Shown: piece after piece, positions 19,531-28,516 of the stretch | Layout: every line of letters starts with the position of its first letter | How positions within the stretch are numbered: position 1 is the stretch's first letter | Assembly (NCBI GenBank): GCA_965218115.1 | Contig: OZ244584.1 | Span: 2,816,771 to 2,880,770 of the forward strand | Direction: 5' to 3' | DNA: 64,000 bases | Source of the DNA: Dehalococcoidia bacterium | Lineage (GTDB): Bacteria > Chloroflexota > Dehalococcoidia > Bin125 | The notes under the pieces: generated by a model | Database searches by the model: none | Seen by the model: only the letters and a program-made list of their open reading frames with translations | What the model was told of the DNA's origin: nothing | Program-made: the position numbers and the translations under genes

Positions 19531-21335
19531 GAGCCTGTCTCAGAAGTCGAGGCGACGCTTAGGGTGAACGGTGCGGGCGGCCAGTGGGGCGGCCGGCGTG
19601 GTAGCGGGCTGGGAGGCTGAAGATGCCGTGGCGAGCGATGACGCGCGAGCAGGGCTGGATGTTGCCGCCCTCGCTCGATGAGCTGCTGGCGGACGACCAT
19701 CCCGCGCGGGTGGTGGCGGCCTTCGTGGACGGGCTGTCGGCGGCGGACTGGGCGGGGCTGGGCGTCGACCTCGGCGGGCAGGCGCTGGGCGGGCCGGCCT
19801 ATCACCCCCGCGCGCTGCTGAGCATCTGGCTCTACGGCTTCATGAGCGGGACGCGCTCCTCGCGGCGGCTGGAGGCGGCCTGCCGCGAGCAACTGCCGAT
19901 GCTCTGGCTGAGCGGCTCGCAACAGCCCGATCACAACACGCTCTGGCGCTTCTACAAGCAGCACCGCGAGCGGATGCGCGGGCTGCTGCAGCTGACGGTC
20001 CGCACGGCAGTGCGGCTGAACCTGGTCGATTGGGCCGTGCAGGCGGTGGACGGGACCAAAGTGGCGGGCGCCGCGGCGCCGCAGCGGACGCTCGACGCGG
20101 AGCAGCTGGAGCGGCTGCTGCAGCGCACCGAGCGCGCGATCGTGGAGCTGGAAGCGCAGAACGAAGCGGGCGAGGGCGCGGCGGCGCCGCGGCTGCCGGC
20201 GCAGCTGCAGGCAGCCAAGCGGCTGCGCGAGCAGGTCGAGGCGGCGCGTCGGGAGCTCCTGGAGTCGGACCGCCGGCATACCAACCTGACCGATCCGCAA
20301 GCGCGCCTGCTGCGCGGCCGCGACGGCTGGCTGACCGGCTACAACGCGCAGGCGATGGCGGCGCCGCTGCGGGGCGGCGATCCAGCAGATAGCGACGGGG
20401 CCGCTGCGGGCGGGGGCGGCGCGCTGGACGAGCGGCCGAACGGCGCGGCTGACGCAGATCACGGTCAGCCGGGCGACGCGCTGCAGCCGGGCGGCTCGAG
20501 CGGGGGCATGCTGCTGCTGGCCGCGGAGGTCAGCCAGGATCCGGCCGACACGGCGCAGCTGTTGCCACTGATCGAAGCGGCTGAGGCGAGCGGCGGCGGC
20601 CGCCGCGCCGCGCTGACCGTGGCCGACGCCGGCTACTTCGCGGCCGCCAACCTGAGCGCCTGCGCGGCCCGCGGGGCAGCCGTGGTGATCCCCGAACCAC
20701 GCGCGCCGAGCAACCCCGACTACCACTACAGCCAGTTTCATTACGAGCCCGCAGCGGACTGCTACCGCTGTCCCGCAGGCCAGCCGCTGCAGTTCCGCGG
20801 CCTACAGCGGCGGCGCCGCCGCACGCCGGCCCGCGTCTACGCCGCCAAGCCGGCGGTCTGCCGCGCCTGCCCCGCGTTCGGACGCTGCACGAGCAGCCCG
20901 CGCGGTCGCCAGATCAAGGTCTCGATCCACGCCCAGGCGCTGCAGGCGCACCGCGGCTGGATGCAGACGGAGGCGGCCCGGCAGGCCTTGCGAAGCCGCC
21001 AGGGGCTGATCGAACCGGTCTTCGGGATCATCAAGGAGCAACAGGCCGGGCGCCGCTTCCTGCTGCGCGGGTTGGCCGCGGTCAGCGCCGAGTGGTCGTT
21101 GCTGGCGGTCGCGTTCAACCTGCGGATGCTGAGCCGGCGCTGGCCGCACCGCCGCGCAGGCGGCCCGCCGCAGCGCGGCCGCCGCAGCGCTGCGCCGCCC
21201 GGCCGCCGCCACCGGCCACGCACACCCGCTCCAGCCGCTCGCCGCACAACTCGCTGCTGCCGACACCGCCCGCGCCCCCGCCGGTTCGCTCCCAGACACC
21301 GCTCACACCCCCAGCCGCCCTCCTGAGACAGGCTC
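19531..21335 (+). mobile_element. IS1182-family insertion sequence (about 1.8 kb) with 13-bp terminal inverted repeats
   Basis: IRs GAGCCTGTCTCAG (19531..19543) and CTGAGACAGGCTC (21323..21335); flanking CATCA on both sides (possible 5-bp target-site duplication); inserted inside a tandem repeat array. Confidence 0.75.
19623..21326 (+). CDS. IS1182-family (IS5-like DDE) transposase
   Basis: N-terminal InsH-like domain ('RALLSIWLYGFMSGTRSSRRLE'), DDE_Tnp_1 core ('LTVADAGYF'), Cys-rich C-terminal region 'CYRCPAGQ...CRACP..GRC' typical of IS1182 transposases. Confidence 0.85.
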   Translation: MPWRAMTREQGWMLPPSLDELLADDHPARVVAAFVDGLSAADWAGLGVDLGGQALGGPAYHPRALLSIWLYGFMSGTRSSRRLEAACREQLPMLWLSGSQQPDHNTLWRFYKQHRERMRGLLQLTVRTAVRLNLVDWAVQAVDGTKVAGAAAPQRTLDAEQLERLLQRTERAIVELEAQNEAGEGAAAPRLPAQLQAAKRLREQVEAARRELLESDRRHTNLTDPQARLLRGRDGWLTGYNAQAMAAPLRGGDPADSDGAAAGGGGALDERPNGAADADHGQPGDALQPGGSSGGMLLLAAEVSQDPADTAQLLPLIEAAEASGGGRRAALTVADAGYFAAANLSACAARGAAVVIPEPRAPSNPDYHYSQFHYEPAADCYRCPAGQPLQFRGLQRRRRRTPARVYAAKPAVCRACPAFGRCTSSPRGRQIKVSIHAQALQAHRGWMQTEAARQALRSRQGLIEPVFGIIKEQQAGRRFLLRGLAAVSAEWSLLAVAFNLRMLSRRWPHRRAGGPPQRGRRSAAPPGRRHRPRTPAPAARRTTRCCRHRPRPRRFAPRHRSHPQPPS

Positions 21336-22150
21336 CATCACCCCTGCGCCCCCCTCCGTCATTCCTGCGCAGGCAGGAATCCATGCGACCACCATCCCAG
21401 CAACCACGCCCCGGACTTTCCGACGGCCCTCCAATCCCTCAATCGCCGCACTCCCTCCTCGTTGCAGCGAAACCCGCCCCACTTCCGTAGCGCCGTCCCG
21501 CTGGTGCCTCCGAGATCTCCATCACACAACGGCCACCCCCCCTCCGCCATCCCCTGCGCCCCCCTCCGCCATCCCCCGCGCCCCCCTCCGTCATCCCTGC
21601 GCCCCCCTCCGTCATTCCTGCGCAGGCAGGAATCCATGCGACCACCATCCCATCAACCACGCCCCGGACTTTCCGACGGCCCTCCAATCCCTCAATCGCC
21701 GCGCCTCCGCCCCGTTGCCGTGGAACCCGCCGACCCTCATCCCTGCGCCCCCTCCGCCATCCCCCGCGCCCCCCTCCGCCATCCCCTGCGCCCCTCCATC
21801 ATTCCTGCGCAGGCAGGAATCCATGCGACCACCATCCCATCAACCGCGCCCGAACCCCCCGACGGCCCTCCGATCCCTCAATCGCCGCACTCCCTCCTCG
21901 TTGCAGCGAAACCCGCCCCACTTCCGTAGCGCCGTCCCGCTGGTGCCTCCGAGATCTCCATCACACAACGGCCACCCCCCCTCCGCCATCCCCCGCTCCC
22001 CCCCTCCGTCATTCCTGCGCAGGCAGGAATCCATGCGACCACCATCGCATCAACCACGCCCAGACCTTCCGACGGCCCTCCAATCCCACAATCGCCGCAC
22101 TCCCTCTCGTTGCAGTGGAACCCGCCGGCCCTCACCTCCCCCTCTACCGG
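21336..22150. repeat. tandem array of four 190-250 bp units, each carrying the perfect hairpin ATTCCTGC-GCAG-GCAGGAAT
   Basis: Hairpin at 21361..21380, 21614..21633, 21801..21820, 22010..22029; units share 'gtcattcctgcgcaggcaggaatccatgcgaccaccatcccatcaaccacgcc...'; produces spurious Pro-rich ORFs on both strands ('MDSCLRRNDGG...' ×3). Confidence 0.8.
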
Positions 22151-22230
22151 AGCGCCACGACCCCTCCCACTTGACAACTCCCCCGCCACTCGGTCTAATG
22201 CCCCCAACAGATTAGTACGGACGTTCTCAC

Positions 22231-23022
22231 ATGCACATCCCGCCCCAGCGCCGCACCCGCATCCTCGAAGCCCATCGCCTCCGCCGCCGTGGTCGCTCAC
22301 TCCGCAACATCGCCGAGCAACTCAATGTCTCGCCCGCCACCATCCACGCCGACCTCCAGTTGCTCGAATCCAACTGGCCCGACATCGCGTCCCCCACCGC
22401 GCAGGACGCGCTGCTCGAACAGCTCACACGCCTTCGCGCCCTCGCCGACCAGCTCACGACCGACGGTCCGCTCGCCCCCCTGACCCGCCTGGGCTATGAC
22501 GACAACGGCCGCCACGTCACCCTGCTCGATCGCTTCGTCACCCAACATCCCCAGCTCATCACCGACCTCCATCGCATCCACTACCACGCCATCGCCGCCG
22601 TCGCCCGCGAGCTCCGCCTCACCGCCGACCGAATCCTCACCCCCGCACGCGCCGAGGACGCCGCCACCGCCGACATCGATCCCACCGACGCCGCCCACGA
22701 AGCCTTCCCCGAACCTGGCGAGCAACAAACTCCCATCCCGGAACAACCCGTCGCCACCCCTCAGACGCCCCCCGAGCCCGCTCCGGCGGCAGCCCAATCG
22801 ATCACCCCAACCGATCCACACCAAACCTCGCTGAACGGATCCGATCACCCGGCCCCCATCCCACCAGATACAGAGCCCGCGCCGCCCAGCGAGGAAGCCG
22901 AATTTCTCAGCAAACTGATCACAGACACCCCCGACGAACACCAGGAACTCCTCAAAGAGCTGGAAGCCGAACTCGCCGAACTCGGCCACCTCCCCGCCAT
23001 CCCAGTCCCCATCCCCCAATGA
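22231..23022 (+). CDS. hypothetical HTH (LuxR/sigma-70 region-4-like) protein with Pro-rich C-terminus
   Basis: 'RRRGRSLRNIAEQLNVSPATIHADLQLL' HTH; strongly C-ending codon usage (CTC/CCC/ACC/GCC) distinct from neighbouring core genes; lies between repeat array and a MITE. Confidence 0.5.
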   Translation: MHIPPQRRTRILEAHRLRRRGRSLRNIAEQLNVSPATIHADLQLLESNWPDIASPTAQDALLEQLTRLRALADQLTTDGPLAPLTRLGYDDNGRHVTLLDRFVTQHPQLITDLHRIHYHAIAAVARELRLTADRILTPARAEDAATADIDPTDAAHEAFPEPGEQQTPIPEQPVATPQTPPEPAPAAAQSITPTDPHQTSLNGSDHPAPIPPDTEPAPPSEEAEFLSKLITDTPDEHQELLKELEAELAELGHLPAIPVPIPQ

Positions 23023-23108
23023 CCACCCCCGTCGACCCCGATCCCCTGCTGCCCCCCGCTGACCACATTGAGTGGTCAGCGGAATCCCGCTCTCAATGGC
23101 TCTCCCCG

Positions 23109-23286
23109 AGGAGACCTGCGCGTAATCTCCATTTCCCCTCTCCCCCCGCTCGGCGGGGGGAGATGCCGCAGGCAGAGGGGGGCTCCAGGCGCGCCCTCAC
23201 CGAATAGCGGAGGCTCCCCACAGTCACTTCGTGACACCGCCACCGGCAGGGAAGGTCGGAGCAGTGCGACTTACGCGCAGGTCTCC
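23109..23286. repeat. MITE-like element, copy A (178 bp, 16-bp perfect TIRs GGAGACCTGCGCGTAA)
   Basis: TIRs at 23109..23124 and 23271..23286; internal 11-bp-stem hairpin CTCTCCCCCCGC-N-GCGGGGGGAGAT and GTCAC-TTC-GTGAC palindrome. Confidence 0.8.
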
Positions 23287-23395
23287 ACCGGTCGGGTGAA
23301 TCATGACCTCGGTCGCCTCATCGCGGACCGATATCGCCGGGTTGACACGCTGGTTGGGATCGCGACCACACATAGCCAAGAGGGAGACGATTGAA

Positions 23396-25123
23396 GTGAC
23401 GACGGTCAACTACTGGCAGCGAATGCGACGGCAGCGAGTGACTCGGCGTGCCCTCCTCCAGGCCTCGGGCCGCGCCGCAACGCCAGTACGGCGGCAACTA
23501 TTCCATTTACGCTGCGCCCGGCTGGGACCACTTCGACCCGCACCGCGCCAACTTCGCCCATCCCTTCCTCGTCTTCAACGACACGATGGGCCGGCTGATC
23601 CAGGTTGACGACAATCGCGGCCCGATTCTGGCCGCCGACATCGCCTCGCTGCCGGAAATCCCCGACGACGAGACGTACATCTTCAGCTTCGATCAGGGCG
23701 CGCGTTTCTGGGACCGCTATCCCACCGAGGGCGGGCGCATGTTCACTGCGGAAGACGCCGCGTCAACATCAATCGGCAGATCGCCGGCGTCGACGCCAAC
23801 GGCGAGCCCGACGCGCTGTTCTGGCGCGCCTCGGTCTACCAGGAGACGGCGTCGGTCGACGTACCCGACGAGCAGACGCTGGTGCTGAAGACTGATGGGC
23901 CCAACGCGACCTGTCTCGAAACGACGCACATGGGCTACTCGTTCCTCACCTTGCCCGAGGCGATCCAAGTTTGGGACCTGCGCTGGCGCGATGAGAACAC
24001 CAACGTCGAACTGGTCTCAGGGACCGGACCGTTCATTCCGACCGAGTTTGATCCCGACCTGCGCCTGCAACTCGAGCGCAGCCCGGACTATTGGAAGTCG
24101 CTCGACGGCCAGCAAATGCCATTCTTCGACAGCATCACCCGGGTCATCCTCACCGACCAGGTGGCCGTCGAGACCGCCTACCGTACCGGCCAGCTCGACA
24201 GCGTCTCCCTGAACGCCGTGCAGATCGAGGCGATCGAGGCCGACTTCCCGGACCATGTGCGCTTCGACCGCGGCGTCGTCCTGCCGCTGGCGATGCGCTT
24301 CAACTTCAACACCGAGTGGGACCAGAACCCCTGGCTCGACCGCCGCATTCCGTATGCCTTCCACCTCGCCATGGACCGCGACAACATCATCGACTTCGTC
24401 TACCTGGGCAAAGGCAAGCCCTCCGCCATCCAGCAGCTCAACTGGTACCACGGCTGGGCCATGCCCGACGACGAGATGCGACAATTGCCCGGCTACAAGC
24501 CGGACAAGACTGAGGACATCGCCGAGGCCCGCAAGTTGCTCGGCGCGGCCGGCGTCGAATCGGGTACCGAGTTCTCGCTGATCAACGCCGACATCTTCGA
24601 AGGTCTCTACCCGGGCTCGTCGGAGCTCTACAGCAACATGTTCGGCAACGCCCTCGACCTCGAGATCAAGATCGCGATCGAGCCGTACTCCGCAATCTTC
24701 CAGCAGCTCGCCGAAGGCAAGTTCCCCGGACACATGCCGATCTGGGTCGGCGGCGGCGCCGGCGACCCCACCGGCGAGTGGAACAACCGGCTCGTCTTCG
24801 GCGCCTCCGGCAACAACGAGCGCTACAACTTCCAACCCGTCGAAGACATCGTCAAGCGAATGAAGGTCACCCTCGACGCCAACGCACGGCGCGAGATGGC
24901 GCGCGAGGTCTCCTGGATCCTGCTCGGCGAAGATGAGCAATACGGCCTTGACCGCTTCGCCGCCTTCTCCGTGATGGGCAACGGCATCGAGACCTCGATT
25001 TACTGGCCCTACCTCAACGTGCCCGAACGCTCCCTGGGGGTCTGGGAGCGCGAGGGCTGGCACTGGCGCAAGGAGTTCTGGCACGACAGCTCCCACCCCG
25101 ACTACCCCGGCGACCGCGCCTAG
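23396..25123 (+). pseudogene. ABC transporter substrate-binding protein, family 5 (Opp/Dpp-like), Tat-like signal; disrupted by two frameshifts (near 23455-23475 and 23757-23762)
   Basis: GTG start with RBS; 'RRALLQASG' Tat-like motif; three consecutive frames (ORFs 23303, 23448, 23882) each carry contiguous family-5 substrate-binding-protein homology. Confidence 0.7.
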
Positions 25124-25293
25124 CCGCCTCGGCGCCCCCACGGGCAGGTGGGCGGCCGCAGGCCTGAGGGGCTCTGCGGCCAGCGCCGAATCCCCCACCT
25201 CGTAGCCCGGCCTGGGTGGCCCAGTTGCTACGCAGTGCTGGCGCGTCGCCGATCCGTCGGTATTCTGAGGCCACCACTGACGGGGGACGCCGA

Positions 25294-25878
25294 ATGGTTC
25301 AAGCCACCCAGACCGAATTTCGCCAGCACATCGAGGAGCGCTACCCGCGCCCCGCGTCCCTGCGCGATGGACACGGAGTGACGCTGCGCCTGATGCGGCC
25401 CGGTGACTCCAGCACGATCCTCGACTTCGCCCGCAGCCTCCCGGCCGCCGATCTGCTCTTCCTGCGTCGCGATGTGACGCAGGAAGCGGCGGTGGCCGAA
25501 TGGATCCGCGAGATCGAGGCCGGCAGCACCTACACCGTGCTCGGCTTCGACGGCGACGAGCTGCTCGGCGAGGGCGACCTGCATTACAGCGCCGCCGACT
25601 GGACGCGGCACCTCGGCGAGATTCGCCTGCTGCTCTCGCCCAAGGCGCGCGGCCGCGGCCTCGGCCGCATCCTGGCTGAGGAGATCTATGCGATCGCTCA
25701 GCTGCTGCGGCTCCAGCTGCTGACGGCGCGCATGGTGCTTGATCAGGCTGCCGCGCAGACCGTGTTCCGGCGGCTCGGCTTCCAGCGCGAGGCCGTGCTC
25801 TGGGATTACGTGATCGACGCCGACGGCAAGACCCATGACCTGCTGATCGCCACGCGCCGCCTGCAGAATCCTCGCTAG
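25294..25878 (+). CDS. GNAT-family N-acetyltransferase
   Basis: 'LRLMRPGDSSTILDF...RGRGLGRILAEEI' acetyl-CoA binding R-x-x-G-x-G/A motif; start at internal ATG 25294 of longer ORF. Confidence 0.65.
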   Translation: MVQATQTEFRQHIEERYPRPASLRDGHGVTLRLMRPGDSSTILDFARSLPAADLLFLRRDVTQEAAVAEWIREIEAGSTYTVLGFDGDELLGEGDLHYSAADWTRHLGEIRLLLSPKARGRGLGRILAEEIYAIAQLLRLQLLTARMVLDQAAAQTVFRRLGFQREAVLWDYVIDADGKTHDLLIATRRLQNPR

Positions 25879-25938
25879 CCATACCAGGAGAGCTCCGAAC
25901 AACCCGGATCCGCTCTCCTCTCGCTCCCACTCTCCCCC

Positions 25939-26116
25939 CGGAGACCTGCGCGTAATCTCCATTTCCCCTCTCCCCCCGCGGAGCGGGGGGAGATGCCGCA
26001 GGCAGAGGGGGGCTCCAGGCGCGCCCTCACCAGATAGCGGAAGCTCCCCACCGTCACTTCGTGGCACCGCCAGCGGCAGGGAGGGTCGGAGCGGTGGGAT
26101 TTACGCGCAGGTCTCC
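25939..26116. repeat. MITE-like element, copy B (178 bp, same TIRs as copy A, about 93% identical)
   Basis: TIRs 25939..25954 and 26101..26116; hairpin loop differs from copy A (gctcggc vs gcggagc) while stem conserved. Confidence 0.8.
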
Positions 26117-26175
26117 GGAGGGAGAGGGGAGCGTGCTCGCGCGCGGATTTCTTCAGCAGCTTGTGAGTTGAGCCG

Positions 26176-27369
26176 CTACTCCGCCAGACCGAACTGACGA
26201 TTGAGCGCCGCGTGGCGCGCTGGGTCGAGTTCGCGCTGCGACAGGTCGGCGTAGGACTCGGCGTAGCGCCAGGCGCGGAACAGCCAGTTGCTGTTCATCC
26301 CGAGCTGGCGAGTCGTGAACGGCGAAATCCACTCCCACACGACCAGCCCGCTGCGATTCACCTCAAACATGCGGCCTGACGCCCCCTCGGTGATCAGCGT
26401 GTTGCCGTTGGGCAGCCGCGCCGCGCCCGAGATGTGGGCACTGAAGAACTGCTCGCGCGGTTCGCCCTGCCAGGTCCAGACGATCTCATTGTTCTCCGGG
26501 TTGACCTCGATCACGCGCGAGTAGGGCAGGTCGAGCGTTCGGTGCATGCCGTTGTCGAAGATCATCACGTTGCCCGAGGGCTGCGCGGTCGCGTGGTGCT
26601 GATGCGAGATCTCGGGCCAGCCAAACTCCCATGCCAGCGATGCGTCAGCGCCGTTCTCGCCGCGGTCCACCCGCCCAACCAGCGAGATGCTGCGCGCGGA
26701 GAAGAGGATGCCGCCGTCCGCGGTCACGTCAATACTGTTGGCGTGCGACCACTCCCAGCGCCGCTCGAACGGGCAGATGGAGTGGCGGCGCGGATTCAGC
26801 AGCTTCCAGAGCTGGATCCGGTCGACCTCTGCCCCGTCGGCGTCGAGCTCGACGATGTCGTCGCCGATCATCCAGTCCGGCGTATAGCGCCGCGCGACGC
26901 GCTGCCCGCCGCGAACCTGGCGCGCCAGCTCCTCGTCGATCGGCGTCCACTCCAGGATCACAGTGTGGCCGTTGGCCATGCGCTGGAAGTCGTGATGGAA
27001 CGCGGGGTTCTCAACCACCGACAGCTCCTGACCGTCCCAGTCGAGCTCGCGCAGCGATGTGCCGCCGCCGCCCAGCTGCCGATAGAGCTGGGGCGGGTCG
27101 GGTGGTTTGACTTCGAAGCGCGAAACCGGGGGTCGGGGGACCTCCGGGCCGGGCAGATCCCCGCACAGCGCGAGCAGATTGCCGTTCGGCAGCAGCTCGA
27201 CGTTGAAGCCGACGCAGCCCTGAAAATCCCAGCGGTGCACGGCGCGGCCCTGCATATCGAGCAGCAGCGCGAACTCTCCGCCGGCAGGCGCGATCAGCGT
27301 GTAGCCGCGCGACGCGCGTGCCTGGTCATAGTGGGTCAATCCCACGGGACGATGGATTGGCCAGCCCAT
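26176..27369 (-). CDS. arylsulfotransferase (ASST)-family beta-propeller protein
   Basis: Repeated 'PNGN(L/T)L', 'DGGILFS', 'VVWEW' blocks typical of Arylsulfotran_2-type proteins; 397 aa. Confidence 0.55.
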   Translation of the reverse strand: MGWPIHRPVGLTHYDQARASRGYTLIAPAGGEFALLLDMQGRAVHRWDFQGCVGFNVELLPNGNLLALCGDLPGPEVPRPPVSRFEVKPPDPPQLYRQLGGGGTSLRELDWDGQELSVVENPAFHHDFQRMANGHTVILEWTPIDEELARQVRGGQRVARRYTPDWMIGDDIVELDADGAEVDRIQLWKLLNPRRHSICPFERRWEWSHANSIDVTADGGILFSARSISLVGRVDRGENGADASLAWEFGWPEISHQHHATAQPSGNVMIFDNGMHRTLDLPYSRVIEVNPENNEIVWTWQGEPREQFFSAHISGAARLPNGNTLITEGASGRMFEVNRSGLVVWEWISPFTTRQLGMNSNWLFRAWRYAESYADLSQRELDPARHAALNRQFGLAE

Positions 27370-27387
27370 GCAATCCTCCAGATTCGT

Positions 27388-28479
27388 TCAGGCGGGGACG
27401 GCGGCGATGCGCGGCAGCACTTCGGCTGCGACCCGCTCGCATTCTTCGAGATGGGGAAACCCGGAGAGGATGAACTCCTCGAAGCCGAGTGAGGCGTAGG
27501 CCTCGAGCTCCGCGGCGACCTGCTCGGGCGTGCCGACGATCGCGGTGCCGAGATTGACGCGCACGCGCGAGATGCCGTTCCAGAGCCGCTCGCCGAGCCG
27601 GTCATCCTCGACGCGCCGGGCCTGCACGGCGGCGCCCACCATCTGCGTGCCGCGCACCGATGCGGCGCGTTGGGCGAGCACGTCGGGATGGGCCTCGGAG
27701 AGCAGTTCGCGCGCCGCGTCCCAGGCTTCGGCCTCGCTATCGCGCACGACCAGGTGCGTGCGCAGGCCGAAGCGCGGTTCGCGGCCCGCGGCGAGGTACG
27801 CGGCGCGGGCGCGCTCGAGTAGCGCCGCCATCTCGTCTCGCGGCTGAATCCAGCAGAGCAGCAGATCGCCGCGCCGGCCCGAGAGCCGCAGCGCGGCGTC
27901 CGACGCGCCGCCGAGATACCAGGCGGGCACGGGCGGATCCGGCCTCGGCGCGACGATCGCCTGGCGCAGCTGCACGCTCGCGCCGTCGTAGTCGAGCGGT
28001 CCGCCGTCGCGCCAGAGGCGATTGCAGGCGTCGATGAACTCGTCGGCATGGGCATAGCGGTCGTCGTGCGAGCGCGTCGCGCCGATCCGCTCGTTGTCGC
28101 CCTGAATTCCACCGGGCACGATGTTGATGTCGACGCGCCCGCCCGAGATTTCGTGCAGGGTCGCGGCTTGCTGGGCGAACAGCCCCGGCGAGATGCTGCC
28201 GGGCCGCACGGCGATCAGCAGGCGGATCCGCTCGGTCGACGCGAGCAACGCCGTGGCGCTGGTCCAGGTCTCGGCCAGCGGCGCCGACTGCTCGAACAAA
28301 CCGTTCGAGAAGCGCGTTGGGATCAGCAGCGAGTAGAAGCCCAGCCGCTCGGCGGTCTGTACGACCGAGCGGAGGTAGTCAAACGTCGGCGGACGCTCGG
28401 CCCGCAGCGTGCCAATGCGCGCCCCGTCGCCGTCGATCGGCACGAACCACGAGAACCGAGGCGTGCCACGATCAGCCAT
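27388..28479 (-). CDS. LLM-class flavin-dependent oxidoreductase (alkanesulfonate-monooxygenase-like)
   Basis: 'FSWFVPIDGDG...LLIPTRFSNG' LLM signature; start at internal ATG (MADRG) because upstream frame is low-complexity and overlaps the hydrolase gene. Confidence 0.8.
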   Translation of the reverse strand: MADRGTPRFSWFVPIDGDGARIGTLRAERPPTFDYLRSVVQTAERLGFYSLLIPTRFSNGLFEQSAPLAETWTSATALLASTERIRLLIAVRPGSISPGLFAQQAATLHEISGGRVDINIVPGGIQGDNERIGATRSHDDRYAHADEFIDACNRLWRDGGPLDYDGASVQLRQAIVAPRPDPPVPAWYLGGASDAALRLSGRRGDLLLCWIQPRDEMAALLERARAAYLAAGREPRFGLRTHLVVRDSEAEAWDAARELLSEAHPDVLAQRAASVRGTQMVGAAVQARRVEDDRLGERLWNGISRVRVNLGTAIVGTPEQVAAELEAYASLGFEEFILSGFPHLEECERVAAEVLPRIAAVPA

Positions 28480-28516
28480 GCCGCGCAGGGTAGCCCGCGC
28501 GCGCGGCGGCGCAGCA

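Noticed and set aside
21336-22150. Possible CRISPR array (regular repeats with hairpins)
   Set aside because: Units are 190-250 bp, the intervening sequence is itself repeated (no unique spacers), and there are no cas genes nearby. It is a tandem repeat array, not CRISPR.
24017-25930. 637-aa minus-strand ORF (and many similar long antisense ORFs, e.g. 328..768, 3173..4396, 4441..5301, 7908..8864, 17856..19028, 19485..20741, 26434..27492+, 30826..32118, 33520..35580+, 37411..38487+, 45696..47072, 48681..49856+, 51405..53069, 53883..54974, 55388..56635, 57571..58713, 59513..61171, 62508..63626)
   Set aside because: Arg/Pro/Ala/Gly-rich low-complexity translations typical of stop-codon-poor antisense frames in about 70% GC DNA. 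Each overlaps a well-supported gene on the opposite strand.
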